Origin: Podarcis liolepis
Lineage: Eukaryota
Strand: one strand, 5' to 3'
Assembly (NCBI GenBank): GCA_965112155.1
Contig: OZ218101.1
Length of the DNA stretch: 64,000 nt
Shown here: piece after piece, positions 12,301-26,600 of the stretch
Layout of the letters: each line of letters opens with the position of its first letter
How positions within the stretch are numbered: the first letter of the stretch is position 1
Program-made: the position numbers and the translations under genes
Notes under the pieces: model-generated
What the model saw: only the letters and a program-made list of their open reading frames with translations
Database searches by the model: none
Told to the model about the DNA's origin: nothing

Positions 12301-15147
12301 TGCAAGAGGTCTTCCTTTGCACGAGACTAAAATGGTTTCCTACAGGTTCGTGAAATGTGTTAACTAATTTGAGATCACAGGTAGAAAGAAAGTTATTGCA
12401 GTTCAGTTTCCCAAGGCAACTGTTCGTTAATGCCAAGGAGAACAATATTGATATCTCTTACGTTGCTATTGAATTATTTTAAAATGATTTGCCAAAATAC
12501 TGGATTTTAGCCAATAGCTGCAAGCATTTTTAGCATCCTTATCAAATTTAAGATATGATAGCTATCTTACAACTTACGCTAGCCCATCTATGACAAGACT
12601 GAATAAGCTTGACCATGGAAATGATACGCTTCCTTCCTTTGGGTTGATTTAAGTTATTTGTGGGAAACAGGGAGAATTTTTTTAAAAAAATGCTGAGTTT
12701 TTTTAGCTTGTCTCTTCACAAGTCCAGAGACACAAATGGAATGTCTGATTAAACAGTTATGAATTGCGTCGTAAGTGCTTCAGAGGTATTATTGTGCTGA
12801 TCAACTAGTAGCTGAGGACTACTCTAGTTAAGAATGAAATACACGAAGGACCACAGAGCTAAAATAGCAGCCTATTGAAAATATCTGATTAAAAATAGAG
12901 TAAAAGAAGCATAAGATGCTTGGGTCCAGTATTGCCTTTCCACTTAAAAAGGGGTCTGAGAAACAGCAGAGGCTTACACAGGAGGACAGGGAGATTTCTG
13001 CCAATTCTCCCTGCAGCCCCCCAGCACCAATTCCTATGCTGATACTCTGAATCCACAATATCAGATCAATACTTCAGAGACAATATTCAGGAAACCCAAC
13101 TAGAAAAGGTAGCTGGCTCATTCTTCGCACAGAACACTCCAAATCACATGAATGAAGAACAAGGGATGTTGACTGCCCAGATATTTTAGTTCTACCACAT
13201 CTATATGAAATGTCATTGAGTAACAATTGTCTCTTTAACTATGAGATTGAGGACAGAGGGGATGAGAAATTTTGGATTTGTTGCTGCGAGGAAGATTGCT
13301 GGCAACTTGTCTAATTAGTAAAAAGATTTCCAAACATAACAGAAGAAAACTGGATTTCAAAATACAACAAATAAAGAGATAGTAAATTAAAGGCCTCTGG
13401 GTGGCTAGATTAGCAGCTTCTAAGCACAGGCTTGATTTGCAGACTAGTCTGATGTGGAAGGAAAGAAAAAGCATGCTTTCGAAATACTATTTATAAATAA
13501 AAAATAAAATAACCTGAAACAACAAAACCAAAGGAACTGCATGAGTTTGTAAGGCAAGGCATGATGCAAAGCACTAGAAGTTACTACAAGAGGAAGACTA
13601 AGAATACTATATGGGGCTGAGTGACCTTAGAAAAGGTAAGCATTTGTAAGACCCAAGAAAACTACTACTCGCTGCCTATCTTGCTGCTATTTTGTTTAAC
13701 ACACTGAATTAGGACTAAATTGTTTTCAAAACTCAGAAACATTGCTATTAAATAAAAAAAAATCTTTGGCAGAACTCTGGGATGATCCGTCAAAATTATG
13801 CTGTACTTCAACATATCAAACTTTTTAGTAAATACAACTTCAATGTTTCCCAGAAAACAAGTACTCCAAGACAATTCAAACAAGCTGGAAACACAGACCT
13901 TTCCCCACTTTCTTATTAAAATAATAAAAACAAAAGTCCAGGCCACACTGTGGTCTTCAGGCTTAGTCATTAGTTATGTGTGGTTAGGATTGTAGCCTTA
14001 GCTGGCCAGCTGATTGACTAGCAATGACCAAAAGTCCAATGCTAATAGCAGAGCCACTAGGAAAGGCTGAAGACACTGGGCACATCCCCATTCAACTCAA
14101 ATGCCATTCTGCTTTGGATTGCAAGCTGAAAATAGCTTAAGTTCAGCCAACCTCCTAACTGCAATTTCCTGACTTTTTTTTCCTTTTGCTGGCATGCTCA
14201 TTAATAGATAATGCACTGCTTTAGCTTTAAATGTTCCATTTCCCACCCTATTTCAGTTTAGCTCTGTGAAAGAGTTATCCCTACTCTTGAAGCAGCAAAG
14301 TTTTGGGTTTTAGATGACCAATTACAACTAAACACAACAAAACTGGTTAAACTATTTTGCCATGGCGTCCAATGTCCACAAAAAGGACATGCACACTGGA
14401 GATACACAGTTGCTTTTTCATGTCAGTACAGATTCAATTCCACATGTCTGATGGTGAGAAACCTAATGTGCCATTAAATCCGTCAACAGCTCTGGATTCC
14501 CATGACTTCTAACCATATGTCTGTGGAGAGACATACACAAAACACATTCACAGAATTACATTCAATAGCTGTTTAACAGTCAAGCTGCTTTAGAGATGTT
14601 AACCATATTGATTAACCATTTAATCAAACGTAATTGTCAAATTCAATTAGTCTAAATAGAAGGCATGTAAAAGGAAACAGTACAGAAATGTACTGCTTAT
14701 GAAAAGTTTACAAAAACATATAAAATGCTGGATGGCACAAATAATACAGTGCTAATATAAACATACTGTTTAAGCTAAGTGCTTAACATAATCTGTCCAT
14801 CCATACATGTAACAAAGAATATTTTAAAGGGAGTAAAAATATTCCCTATAAAAATAATGCTATATGGGGAGAGAGTGCTTCATTCAGTGTATTTAATGTG
14901 ACGGGTGTATGGAATTCTACCATCTCCATGAATAGTTCATTTCCCATTGATTCCACTTTATATTCCATCTGAAGGGCAATATTTTGCCACTGATAGTTTA
15001 AAGCAAGAACAGATGAAAGCAGGAGCAGCAGCATAATAGGTACCAGCTGGAACAGTGTGCTTGCAGGTATCTTGGATATGTGCTACCTGTTGCCATGATT
15101 TGTGCTATCATCGTATTATGGTACCACATTTTTCAACTAAGGTCACT
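9355..15147 (-). other. RPS6KA3: Putative long RPS6KA3 3'UTR (~5.8 kb)
   Basis: AT-rich, nearly free of young TEs unlike the flanks, ends at AATAAA followed by a GU-rich tract; mammalian RSK2 also has a multi-kb 3'UTR; end point inferred. Confidence 0.6.
9373..9378 (-). terminator. Candidate distal polyadenylation signal AATAAA of RPS6KA3
   Basis: tttatt on + strand; downstream on minus strand ttaatgtgtgcgtttc (GU-rich element). Confidence 0.55.
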
Positions 15148-15270
<123 letters not shown>

Positions 15271-16020
15271 CTAAAAATAAAAAGGTTGAAAAAATAATTG
15301 TAATGTGATTCAAAATCAATAAAAGTGATTAGGGGCTATTTTTAGTTTAAACAAGCAGCACATTGTAATGTGCAAGTTGACCCACTCTTCACAAATCCAA
15401 CTTTTTTTTAACACTGAAGCGTCGTTTGCACAGCTCTAGATTTATTTTGTGTCATTTTGGTTCACATTGCCCACAGTGTCTGGGGATATAGTGACTTGAG
15501 TTTTCTTTCCCCCGCTACCAATTCCTTTTCCTTTGTGTCTTTTAGATCATAAGCCTAGGGAGAAGGACTCTCTAATCACTCCATGTTCCATATTCTATTG
15601 TGCATTTTTACATTTTGATCCTGCAGGCCAGAGCTGGTGACAAATAGAATAATACAAACTAGGTACATTTTTACATTGTTACTGAATCCACAGACATCTA
15701 TAACTGAATTGTGATTTAAGCTATAGAGAAGGGAGTCCCTGTTTAACAGTGTAACGGTTTGTTTCCCCAGTGATGAAAGTACTATTACAGAATTTCAGCA
15801 AATCAGTGCTGCAAGTGGTATGTAGCTTCAGAAAATCTAGCAGGCACAAACAACAAAACGGAAGTAGAAACTGCAGTTTAATGGGGCGAGGGGTAGGAAT
15901 AGTAATGGGACACTCTATGGAATGGAAGTGCAGCCAGTGACAGGGTACTTGGGGAAATGGAAGGATATGCAGGCAGATTGCAAATTTAAAGGGGGGGGGG
16001 AGATGAAAAAAACACAGTTA

Positions 16021-16179
<159 letters not shown>

Positions 16180-17230
16180 CTATTAATAATATAACAGAAC
16201 TAATTAGGCATGTGTTTTAAGGCTTAAAATATGCAACAAATCTAAGATTTTGAATCTCAAAAAACTACATACACTCAGATAAAAATGTTTCAGATTATTC
16301 ATTTCTCATATTTCCAAATATATTTTCAAATGCTATAGGGATAAAGGTCTGTTATCAAGAAAGAGGAGCAGGAATACAGAGAGACTTCTTAAAAACATCT
16401 GGAGGATATTAATTTAAATAAATCACCATTCAGCAACATACTAGAGTTCCAATGGTGGTTTGTTTGTTTAAGTTGTCCATCACATTTTAAAGACATAGTC
16501 TGCAACTTCTATCACTGGAAGGAAATGCATATTCATTTATAATTTATAAGATTGTAAGATTAGTGACACGCCCCCCAAATATCCTAAGCATGGTCTGTAA
16601 CTGAGTGGGTGGCAGGGCTGAGAGCATCTTCTGTTTTCAGCAAGCTTTGTCCCTTTTTTCTTAGCTCCTCCTCTCCCCCACCTTCTGCATCTGCAGATAA
16701 GGCATCAGTCTACTGCCTCATATCTTTACCTCCATCCTCATTAAGTTCTATTCAGCTGAAGACAATTCCTGTGAAAAGCCCACATTTTCCTAATCTTGGA
16801 AGAGTGCTTCCCCAGTTCTTGCAGCTGTGTACTTCCAAGTGTGTGCATTTACTTCCAAATAAGTGACTTAAAGGGAGGAAACAAATTGTGTCTTCTGACC
16901 TCAGTCTCATGTACCATCACATATCATTCCAGAAGAATGCTAGACTCTCAACAGTGGCTTTCAAGGGGTTGCAGGAGTCAAGAAAGTGCTGTTTCAGGAG
17001 CAGAGTTCTGTTGATCTCTCTCTAGATCTAATGCAAGGGATGCCCATTTGCCTCGTTTCTTTTATCATGGACTTAATTTTACTTAAATGCTCAACTTTGA
17101 TTATCTACAGTGATGTAGTCTTATAATCACCTAGTTGGTTAAACAATAAATTGTTGACTATTTCAGATGTCGCCATGAAATGTTATACAAAAACACATCT
17201 AACATACAACGGATAGAACATATATGCTAC

Positions 17231-17348
17231 CTTTGCTGTATCTGAAACAGTATTCCAGTATCCACCACTGAGAGAGAACTTTCCACTGCCTATTCGTGCC
17301 AAAATTTCTTCTGGAGTATCATCAGGACCATTTGCAAATGGAGTGTAG
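17231..17348 (-). CDS. RPS6KA3: RSK2 exon 20 ([15 protein letters not shown]...VSDTAK)
   Basis: 118 nt, ttttag/gtagca. Confidence 0.97.
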
Positions 17349-18027
17349 CTAAAAATAATAATAACAATCACAAAGATTTTGAGTTCCTTGTTAACTTCCA
17401 GCCACTACAAGTTGCAACGACACTAAAATAGTAATGCATATTCATATTATGGGGAAATTCATGTTAGGAAGTAGCTTGTCATCTTTACTGAATTCAGCAG
17501 ACTTAGGAAAGTCAGCAGAGGTGCTTTTCGGTAGTGGCACCCACCTGTGGAACGCCCTCCCATCATCATATGTCAAGGGGATAAGTAACTATACAACCTT
17601 TAGAATACATCTGAAGGCAGCCCTGTAACGTTTAATGTTTTATTATGTTTTTGTATACACTGGAAGCCACCGAGAGTGACTGGAGCAACCCAGTCAGATG
17701 GACAGGGCAGAAATAAAAAAGTTACAAATTTTATACAGAAAATACTGAAACCTATTCAGTATTGCTATTAGCCCTGCAGCTTCATCTCTCATCACCACTA
17801 TCTGCCTCATGAATGAATGACTGGGGAGAAGGAACAAGAAGGAACAGCAGAACAACGGGGCAAGGGGACATGAGCAGATCTCAAGGTAACAGAGTAGGAC
17901 AGAGTATATACACAGGCAATACCTTGTGGACACAAGAGAATATCAACTTAGTTTTGAAATTCTGAGATGAAAAGCTACAAGAACCTCTAATCCGCTTTTA
18001 CAAATTAATGTAACAATTTCCAATTTA

Positions 18028-18120
<93 letters not shown>

Positions 18121-18775
18121 CTATGGAAAGCAATGTTTTCATTAGTTTCTGAAGAAAAAGCCAATTCCTTTGGTTATGAAAAATGGGTGGAATCCAATGC
18201 AGCACAAGCAGGCATCCACTCATCAACAGTTTTTCTTCTACCCCTCTTCTTTCCCCACAGTCTCCTGCACACATCCAACATCTGCTCCAGAGGGTGGGTG
18301 ACCCTCCAGAGCAGATTTATTATTACCTAAAATGTGCAAATACTGAAGGAGTGAGCATCTTCTATTATATATTTAAGAAAAAATGTGTGAGTTATTTAAA
18401 AAAGTCACTCCACTGAAGCAAGCACACAGGGTGAAGACAATTCCACTGTACGGCCACCACAGGACTGTTTCAAAAAGAAATATGAAACAGGAAAATTCTG
18501 TTCAAGTAAAATAAGAACCCTCAAAAAACTACATGAGTATAGAAGTACACTGAAAGGGGGAGGAACTATATTGTTTCTGCTTAATAACTATGAGGTAAAC
18601 AAAGCATTAAATCATTTGTGCACCACTTGATGTATCAACAGTCCAAAACTCTTAAAAAGAGGGGGCAGGAATGCCTTATGTTCTACCTCTAGCTCTGAAA
18701 AGCACTGTGGCTTGGCCAGCCCAATATATAGGGCCAAAACGGAAGCCCAGGACACATGTAACTTTACCCAAGTTA

Positions 18776-19006
<231 letters not shown>

Positions 19007-19434
19007 CTAAACCAACCAAACAAACATGGCTATTGTTTCTATTAAAAGCATGGAATTCTTATTTTGTATGTCCTTCCACATTTAAAAAGAATATAATGTA
19101 TCCAATATCAACATCCCTTTACTGCAAAATAAATTAATTGAGCATAGTCTATCATTTTGGGTCATATCTATATATTCATGAGCATTCATTCTTACGAGTT
19201 AATTATCCATAAGGTACTTGTATGCTTGCCCTTATTCACCATATCTACTGAAAAGTTATGAACTGGCTCTTGGGTTCCTATTTACACAAACTAACAAACT
19301 ATTGCAAACTAGTTTGTTAATGCTTACAGATCAGATGGGAGAATTTAAAATAAAATGAAAGCTTTAAGAGCTGTAACAGTGGAATAACTTATCTACTGTA
19401 TTAACTAGGTAGTGCATTTTAAATATATCCCTCA

Positions 19435-19629
<195 letters not shown>

Positions 19630-19824
19630 TTAAGTGCTCAGTTGTGCACAGAGTTGTATTCAACATTAGTCATACTCCGAGTACACCCACTGAAATCGAA
19701 AGGCATAACAGTCTTCATTCCACTAACCCAGCAAGTGCATTTGCAGACTCCTAATGAAAGATTAAATACTGTACATGTCAAAAGCATAATATTTATGCCT
19801 GAATTGCAATAAAGCTGCTAATCA

Positions 19825-19923
<99 letters not shown>

Positions 19924-20277
19924 CTAAAAGAGCAAACATATTTGAACCAATAACTATATATTAACTCAGTTTTCCCAATGTCAATATTGTTTCATACCTA
20001 CAACCACTGTTTTAAGTCTCTCAGAGGATTTGAAACAGCATTTTTGTGTGAAGAGCCACCCTTCTTCAAACCAGTTTTCCTTCTAAGCTCATAACACTTT
20101 CATTAATTGGGTGTTTGCAGATTTCTGCTTTTCCAGTTCCTCAATCTCCTTTAGCTGCCGAAGCCACCTCACTACAAGCCTATAACAGTCTCCCTTCATC
20201 TTAACCTATAGCCCTCAAAGTGCTTCTCAGCCTTCGTTACCCAATTACCTCAGTGCACTGAGAATGTGCTAACATTA

Positions 20278-20427
<150 letters not shown>

Positions 20428-21516
20428 CTACCAAAATAACATAATCAATTAATGCATTCTTTACAAATATCCAATTTAGATCTTTATATTTTAGAACAAA
20501 TCTTTATCAGTAATGAATTGTTTGTACAACTAATAATATTGAACTTTTGAAAGGAAGCATTTTCCACTCTGATTTTCACATCTTCTCCAACCTAAATAAT
20601 ATGTTCAAACACACTGAATAGTGTGGAAAGACACAAACGGCTGGTTTTCATATTACCCCTTGGTTCAGCATATAGTTCATTTGCTCCTTCCTTTACATGT
20701 GTGGGGCAAGAAGCAAGGAAGCTGCAATCAAAACTAGGAACTATGCTTAATCGCTTCCAAACAAGCTGGAATATAGAAGCTAACTTTAAACCATTGCTAC
20801 ATAGTCTGGCTTCTATGGAAGCCATTAAACAGTTTTCCACTGTAGCCTCTGCACACAACACTAATTCATGGTTTTAGGCAACCTTCACAAACCTGGTCCC
20901 CTCCATTTGTTTTGAACTACAGTATCTAGAGGACACCAGCTTGCCAAAGGCTTGTTTAAGGTTATGTGCCCCAAAGCATTATTAACTGATAATTTTTATT
21001 TTCTGAATAAAATGTCTCAAATTGGACATAACGAAAAGGCGAATAAAATGTTTAATAACACATGCAAAGTAGAACTGGTCTGTTATGAGCACATAAGTAG
21101 TGAAAGCTATTCAAATTAAACTGATAGAGCCAAAAACAAGGACAGAATATGAGAGAGAAAAAGCAGTCTACTTGTTTACTTTGCATGTGGAAATAACTTC
21201 AAGACATTAAGTAGCTTGAGCTCTTGAGATACAGCAAGCTACAGATAACAAAAACAAAAAGAGATTAATGTCACAGAAATATTTCCATGGCCTTCTGCAC
21301 AGCAAGGACTTTTTTCCTCATGCAAACCAGTAATATAATCAGCTTGAGGAAGAAATGCATCCACTTCCAAATATCATTTTCTGCATGTGGAAATACTTGA
21401 TTATCTATCCTTTGGGCACAGCTTGTGCATACATATTGTGCAAGCAATATCTGATCTCCTTGCAGGCCCATAAATACCAGCCAATGCGAATAGTTAACTT
21501 CATAATGACCATTCAC

Positions 21517-21641
21517 CTGAACAATCGAGTGCCCAACAGACGTCTGCATTGCTTGACTTTCATCATCGGTTGCAATAGCTACAAAACTGAAGCCCCGAAA
21601 AAGTTGGTGAGCATTAGCACTAGGTGGAATACCAGGTGAAT
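21517..21641 (-). CDS. RPS6KA3: RSK2 exon 14 (DSPGIPPSANAHQLFRGFSFVAIATDDESQAMQTSVGHSIVQ; hydrophobic motif)
   Basis: 125 nt, ccccag/gtgaat. Confidence 0.96.
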
Positions 21642-22233
21642 CTGGGGAAAAAATATTTTATTTTATTTAAGATATTCCTCTTCTAGAAATATTTCACAAA
21701 AATGCCTAAGGCAGTTTGCACAAAAAGCTGCATTTCAAATTATGATCAGAACAAAACAACAATATGACAGGCAACAAAGATCAGAATATTTTAAAAAGCG
21801 GCGTACCATTTTAGTCAAAGACATGATGGAACAACCCAGTCATCATATCGTGCTGGAAGGTAACAGCGAGGGATAGGCCTCTCTATCTAAAAACTGAGTC
21901 CCAGGAGCCCAGGAATGGTAACTGAAAAGGCCATCTTCCCTATCCCAACCAAATGCAACACCGATTTTGGTAGAACATGAAGGACACAAGATCTTGGCAA
22001 GAAAGACCTGCTGCATACTCAAGTCAGATTAAAAGGACACCTATGTGTCAGATAACACAAAACCAAGGAAGTAACACAAAATTGAGGTTGTTTGCCTGTT
22101 TCTCATGTATAGCAACTGTGTGACTGATTTATTTCATCTGTATACCCTCATAAAAGTTAAAAATGATGCACGTGATTAAGATTAAAACTGTAACTTTCCC
22201 AAACCACCTGAGAAAACGGTATATATATCTTAC

Positions 22234-22336
22234 CTTTTGGAGTTTTTGCTGTAAATTCGGGATCAAAATAAAATGTGTCTTCAGGTCTACCAGTTGCTGG
22301 TTTAAATGGTGGATTAATTTCTCTTCTGTACAATTT
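22234..22336 (-). CDS. RPS6KA3: RSK2 exon 13 ([13 protein letters not shown]...FTAKTPK)
   Basis: 103 nt, tcttag/gtaaga. Confidence 0.97.
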
Positions 22337-22381
22337 CTAAGACAAATGCATTTAACACGTTAGAAAGCTGTAACACAATTA

Positions 22382-22501
<120 letters not shown>

Positions 22502-22589
22502 TCAGCAATGAACATAACAGCAGATATATTAGGGATTTGTTTAGCTTTATGTTGAAGTATGTAGTAGATAACTTAATTAAATTCTTTAC

Positions 22590-22678
22590 CTAATCTGTTT
22601 GCAGGGTTTCTCTTGAAAAGCATTCGGAGAAGACTCTGAGCTTCTGGACTTAAAAACTGAGGCATTCCAAGTTTGGCT
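22590..22678 (-). CDS. RPS6KA3: RSK2 exon 11 ([30 protein letters not shown])
   Basis: 89 nt, gtacag/gtaaag. Confidence 0.97.
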
Positions 22679-22785
22679 CTGTACAATAAAAACACATTAA
22701 CCGTATACAAAGTTTATAGTGGAAATGCCACGTTCATTTGTTTTAAACTCAACACTTGGTGAACAGCAAATGCTGCACAAGCAGG

Positions 22786-22843
22786 CATCCCCTTCTGCAA
22801 TGGGACATTCCCCTTCTGAAATGGGACATTCCCCTTCTGCAAT
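22786..22843. repeat. 21-bp minisatellite, about 3 copies
   Basis: Unit close to cattccccttctgcaatggga. Confidence 0.75.
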
Positions 22844-23474
22844 ATTGCATCCCCCTTTCCTCCCCTCTCCCTGAAGCCTTCCCTGTGCCTCCAAATTCTG
22901 CTCCAGAGGGTTGGAGGATCCTCAAAAGTACACCAGGTGAAAAGTGGGGGTGGGCGACAGGGGAAAGGAAACAAGGGGAAGTCTGTTGCACAACTGGGTG
23001 GAAACTACTAGCTGTCATTCCTGCCTGAAAATAAAGTAGGTGAAAACACACAAAAAGGCCCAAATGTTGCTTCCACACAAAAATTCCTATTCCAACTGTG
23101 CGATCCTGGAACTTCAGAAACTAAATATAATGGAAAATTATGGAAAGGAAACACAAATATTGTATTTCATTGCCATCTATGGTCTCTCTTAATTTAATTT
23201 TTCACATGCATTGGTAGGATTGTGTATATCCAGCAGCCTAAAAATCTCTCTCTTTTTTTAGCATGATAGCAATGCCAGTAAAGCCAAAGGAGGAATTAGT
23301 AAGAGAACAGAACGCCTAAGATCAGTCCTCAGTACTCATGCTTCTGCTAACTTTCACATGTACTTTCCACTCTTCATTTCAGTAACTGGAATTCATAAAC
23401 AGAGAAGGAACACTAAGAGTGAACACTATGAACTACAGCAATGCTTTAATAGGCCACACTCAATGTAAAAGGTT

Positions 23475-23602
23475 CCCCTTCATGGATCACTGCCTTGCCG
23501 TGGCGAAGGGGCTTGAAGAACTCAGAGAAGCTATGAACTACGCCGAGCAGGGCACCCAAGATGAACAGGTCATAGTGGAGAGTTTTGACCAAACGTGATC
23601 TA
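23475..23602 (+). ncRNA. Predicted HDV-like self-cleaving ribozyme at the BovB 5' end
   Basis: Manual fold: P1 CCCCTTC/GAAGGGG, P2 TGGATCAC/GTGATCTA, P3 GCC/GGC, L3 TTGCCGT, P4 AGAACTC/GAGTTTT, J4/2 CAAA; activity untested. Confidence 0.65.
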
Positions 23603-23653
23603 CCTGGAGTAGGAACCGGCAAGCCACTCCAGTATCCCTGCCAAGAAAACTCC

Positions 23654-26600
23654 ATGGACAAAGACAACAGGCATATAAAAGTTATGACACTGGAAGATGA
23701 GCCCCTCAGGTCGGAAGGTGTCCAACATGCTACTGGGGAAGAGCGGAGGACAAGTACAAGTAGATCCAGAGCTGATGAAGCGGCTGGGCCAAAGCCGAAA
23801 GGACGCTCAGTTGTGGATATGCATGGAAGCGAAAGGAAAGTCCAATGCTGTAAAGAAAAATATTGCATAGGAACCTGGAATGTAAGAACCATGAACCTGG
23901 GTAAGTTGGATGTGGTCAAAAATGAGATGGCAAGAATAAATATTGACATCCTGGGCATCAGTGAGCTAAAATGGACGGGAATGGGCGAATTCAGTTCGGA
24001 TGACTATCATATCTACTACTGTGGGCAAGAAACCCGTAAGAGAAATGGAGTGGCCCTCATAGTCAACAAAAGAGTGGCGAAAGCTGTACTGGGATGCAGT
24101 CTCAAAAATGATAGAATGATCTCGATACGAATCCAAGGCAGACCTTTTAACATCACAGTAATCCAAGTTTATGCACCAACTACTAGTGCTGAAGAAACTG
24201 AAATTGACCAGTTCTATGAAGACTTACAAGACCTTATCGAAGTGACACCAAAGAAGGATGTTCTGCTCATTATAGGGGATTGGAATGCTAAAGTAGGGAA
24301 TCAAGAGATAAAAGGAACAACTGGCAAGTTTGGCCTTGGAGATCAAAACGAAGCAGGGCAAAGGCTAATAGAGTTCTGTCAAGAGAACAAGCTGGTCATC
24401 ACAAACACGCTTTTCCAACAACACAAGAGACGACTCTACACATGGACATCCCCAGATGGGCAACATCGAAATCAGATTGATTATATTCTCTGCAGCCAAA
24501 GATGGAGAAGCTCTATACAGTCAGCAAAAACAAGACCTGGAGCTGACTGTGGCTCAGATCATCAGCTTCTTATAGCAAAATTCAAGCTTAAACTGAAGAA
24601 AGTAGGAAAAACCACTGGACAGGTAAGATACAATCTAAACCAAATCCCTTATGAATACACAGTGGAAGTGAGGAACAGGTTTAAGGATTTAGATTTGCTG
24701 GACAGAGTGCCTGAAGAACTATGGATGGAGGCTCGCAACATTATACAGGAGGCAGCAACTAAAACCATCCCAATGAAAAAGAAATGCAAGAAAGCAAAGT
24801 GGCTGTCCAACGAGGCCTTACAAATAGCGGGGGAGAGAAGGCAAGCAAAATGCGAGGGAGATAGTGAAAGATACAGGAAACTGAATGCAGATTTCCAAAG
24901 AACAGCAAGGAGAGACAAGAAGGCCTTCTTAAACGAGCAATGCAAAGAAATAGAGGAAAGCAACAGAATGGGAAGAACCAGAGATCTGTTCAAGAAAATC
25001 GGAAATATGAAAGGAACATTTCGTACAAAGATTACCATAATAAAGGACAAAAGTGGTAAAGATCTAACTGAAGCAGAAGACATCAAGAAGAGGTGGCAAG
25101 AATACACAGAGGAATTATACCAGAAAGATATGGATGTCTCGTACACCCCAGGTAGTGTGGTTGCTGACCTTGAGCCAGACATCCTGGAGAGTGAAGTCAA
25201 ATGGGCCTTAGAAAGCACTGCAAATAACAAGGCCAGTGGAAGTGATGGTATTCCAGCTGAACTGTTTAAAATTTTAAAAGATGATGCTGTTAAGGTGCTA
25301 CACTCAATATGCCAGCAAGTTTGGAAAACTCAGCAGTGGCCAGAGGATTGGAGAAGATCAGTCTACATTCCAATCCCAAAGAAAGGCAGTGCCAAAGAAT
25401 GCTCCAACTACCGCACAATTTCACTCATTTCACATGCTAGCAAGGTTATGCTTAAAATTCTACAAGGAAGGCTCAAGCAGTATGTGGACCGAGAACTCCC
25501 AGAAGTGCAAGCTGGATTTAGAAGAGGCAGAGGAACCAGAGACCAAATTGCAAACATGCGCTGGATTATGGAGAAAGCTAGAGAGTTCCAGAAAGACATC
25601 TACTTCTGCTTCATTGACTATGCAAAAGCCTTTGACTGTGTTGACCACAGCAAACTATGGCAAGTTCTTAAAGAAATGGGAGTGCCTGATCACCTCATCT
25701 GTCTCCTGCGAAATCTCTATGTGGGACAAGAAGCTACAGTTAGAACTGGATATGGAACAACTGATTGGTTCCAAATTGGGAAAGGAGTACGGCAAGGCTG
25801 TATATTGTCTCCCTGCTTATTTAACTTATATGCAGAATTCATCATGCGAAAGGCTGGGCTGGATGAATCCCAAGCCGGAATTAAGATTGCCGGAAGAAAT
25901 ATCAACAACCTCAGATATGCAGATGACACAACCTTGATGGCAGAAAGTGAAGAGGAATTAAAGAACCTTTTAATGAGGGTGAAAGAGGAGAGCGCAAAAT
26001 ATGGTCTGAAGCTCAACATCAAAAAAACGAAGATCATGGCCACTGGGCCCATCACCTCCTGGCAAATAGATGGGGAAGAAATGGAGGCAGTGAGAGATTT
26101 TACTTTCTTGGGCTCCATGATCAGTGCAGATGGTGACAGCAGTCACGAAATTAAAAGACGCCTGCTTCTTGGGAGAAAGGCGATGGCAAACCTAGACAAC
26201 ATCTTAAAAAGCAGAGACATCACCTTGCCAACAAAGGTCCGTATAGTAAAAGCCATGGTTTTCCCAGTAGTGATGTATGGAAGTGAGAGCTGGACCATAA
26301 AGAAGGCTGATCGCCGAAGAATTGATGCTTTTGAATTATGGTGCTGGAGGAGACTCTTGAGAGTCCCATGGACTGCAAGAAGATCAAACCTCTCCATTCT
26401 GAAGGAAATCAGCCCTGAGTGCTCACTGGAAGGACAGATCGTGAAGCTGAGGCTCCAATACTTTGGCCACCTCATGAGAAGAGAAGACTCCCTGGAAAAG
26501 ACCCTGATGTTGGGAAAGATGGAGGGCACAAGGAGAAGGGGACGACAGAGAATGAGATGGTTGGATGGTGTTCTTGAAGCTACTAGCATGAGCTTGATCA

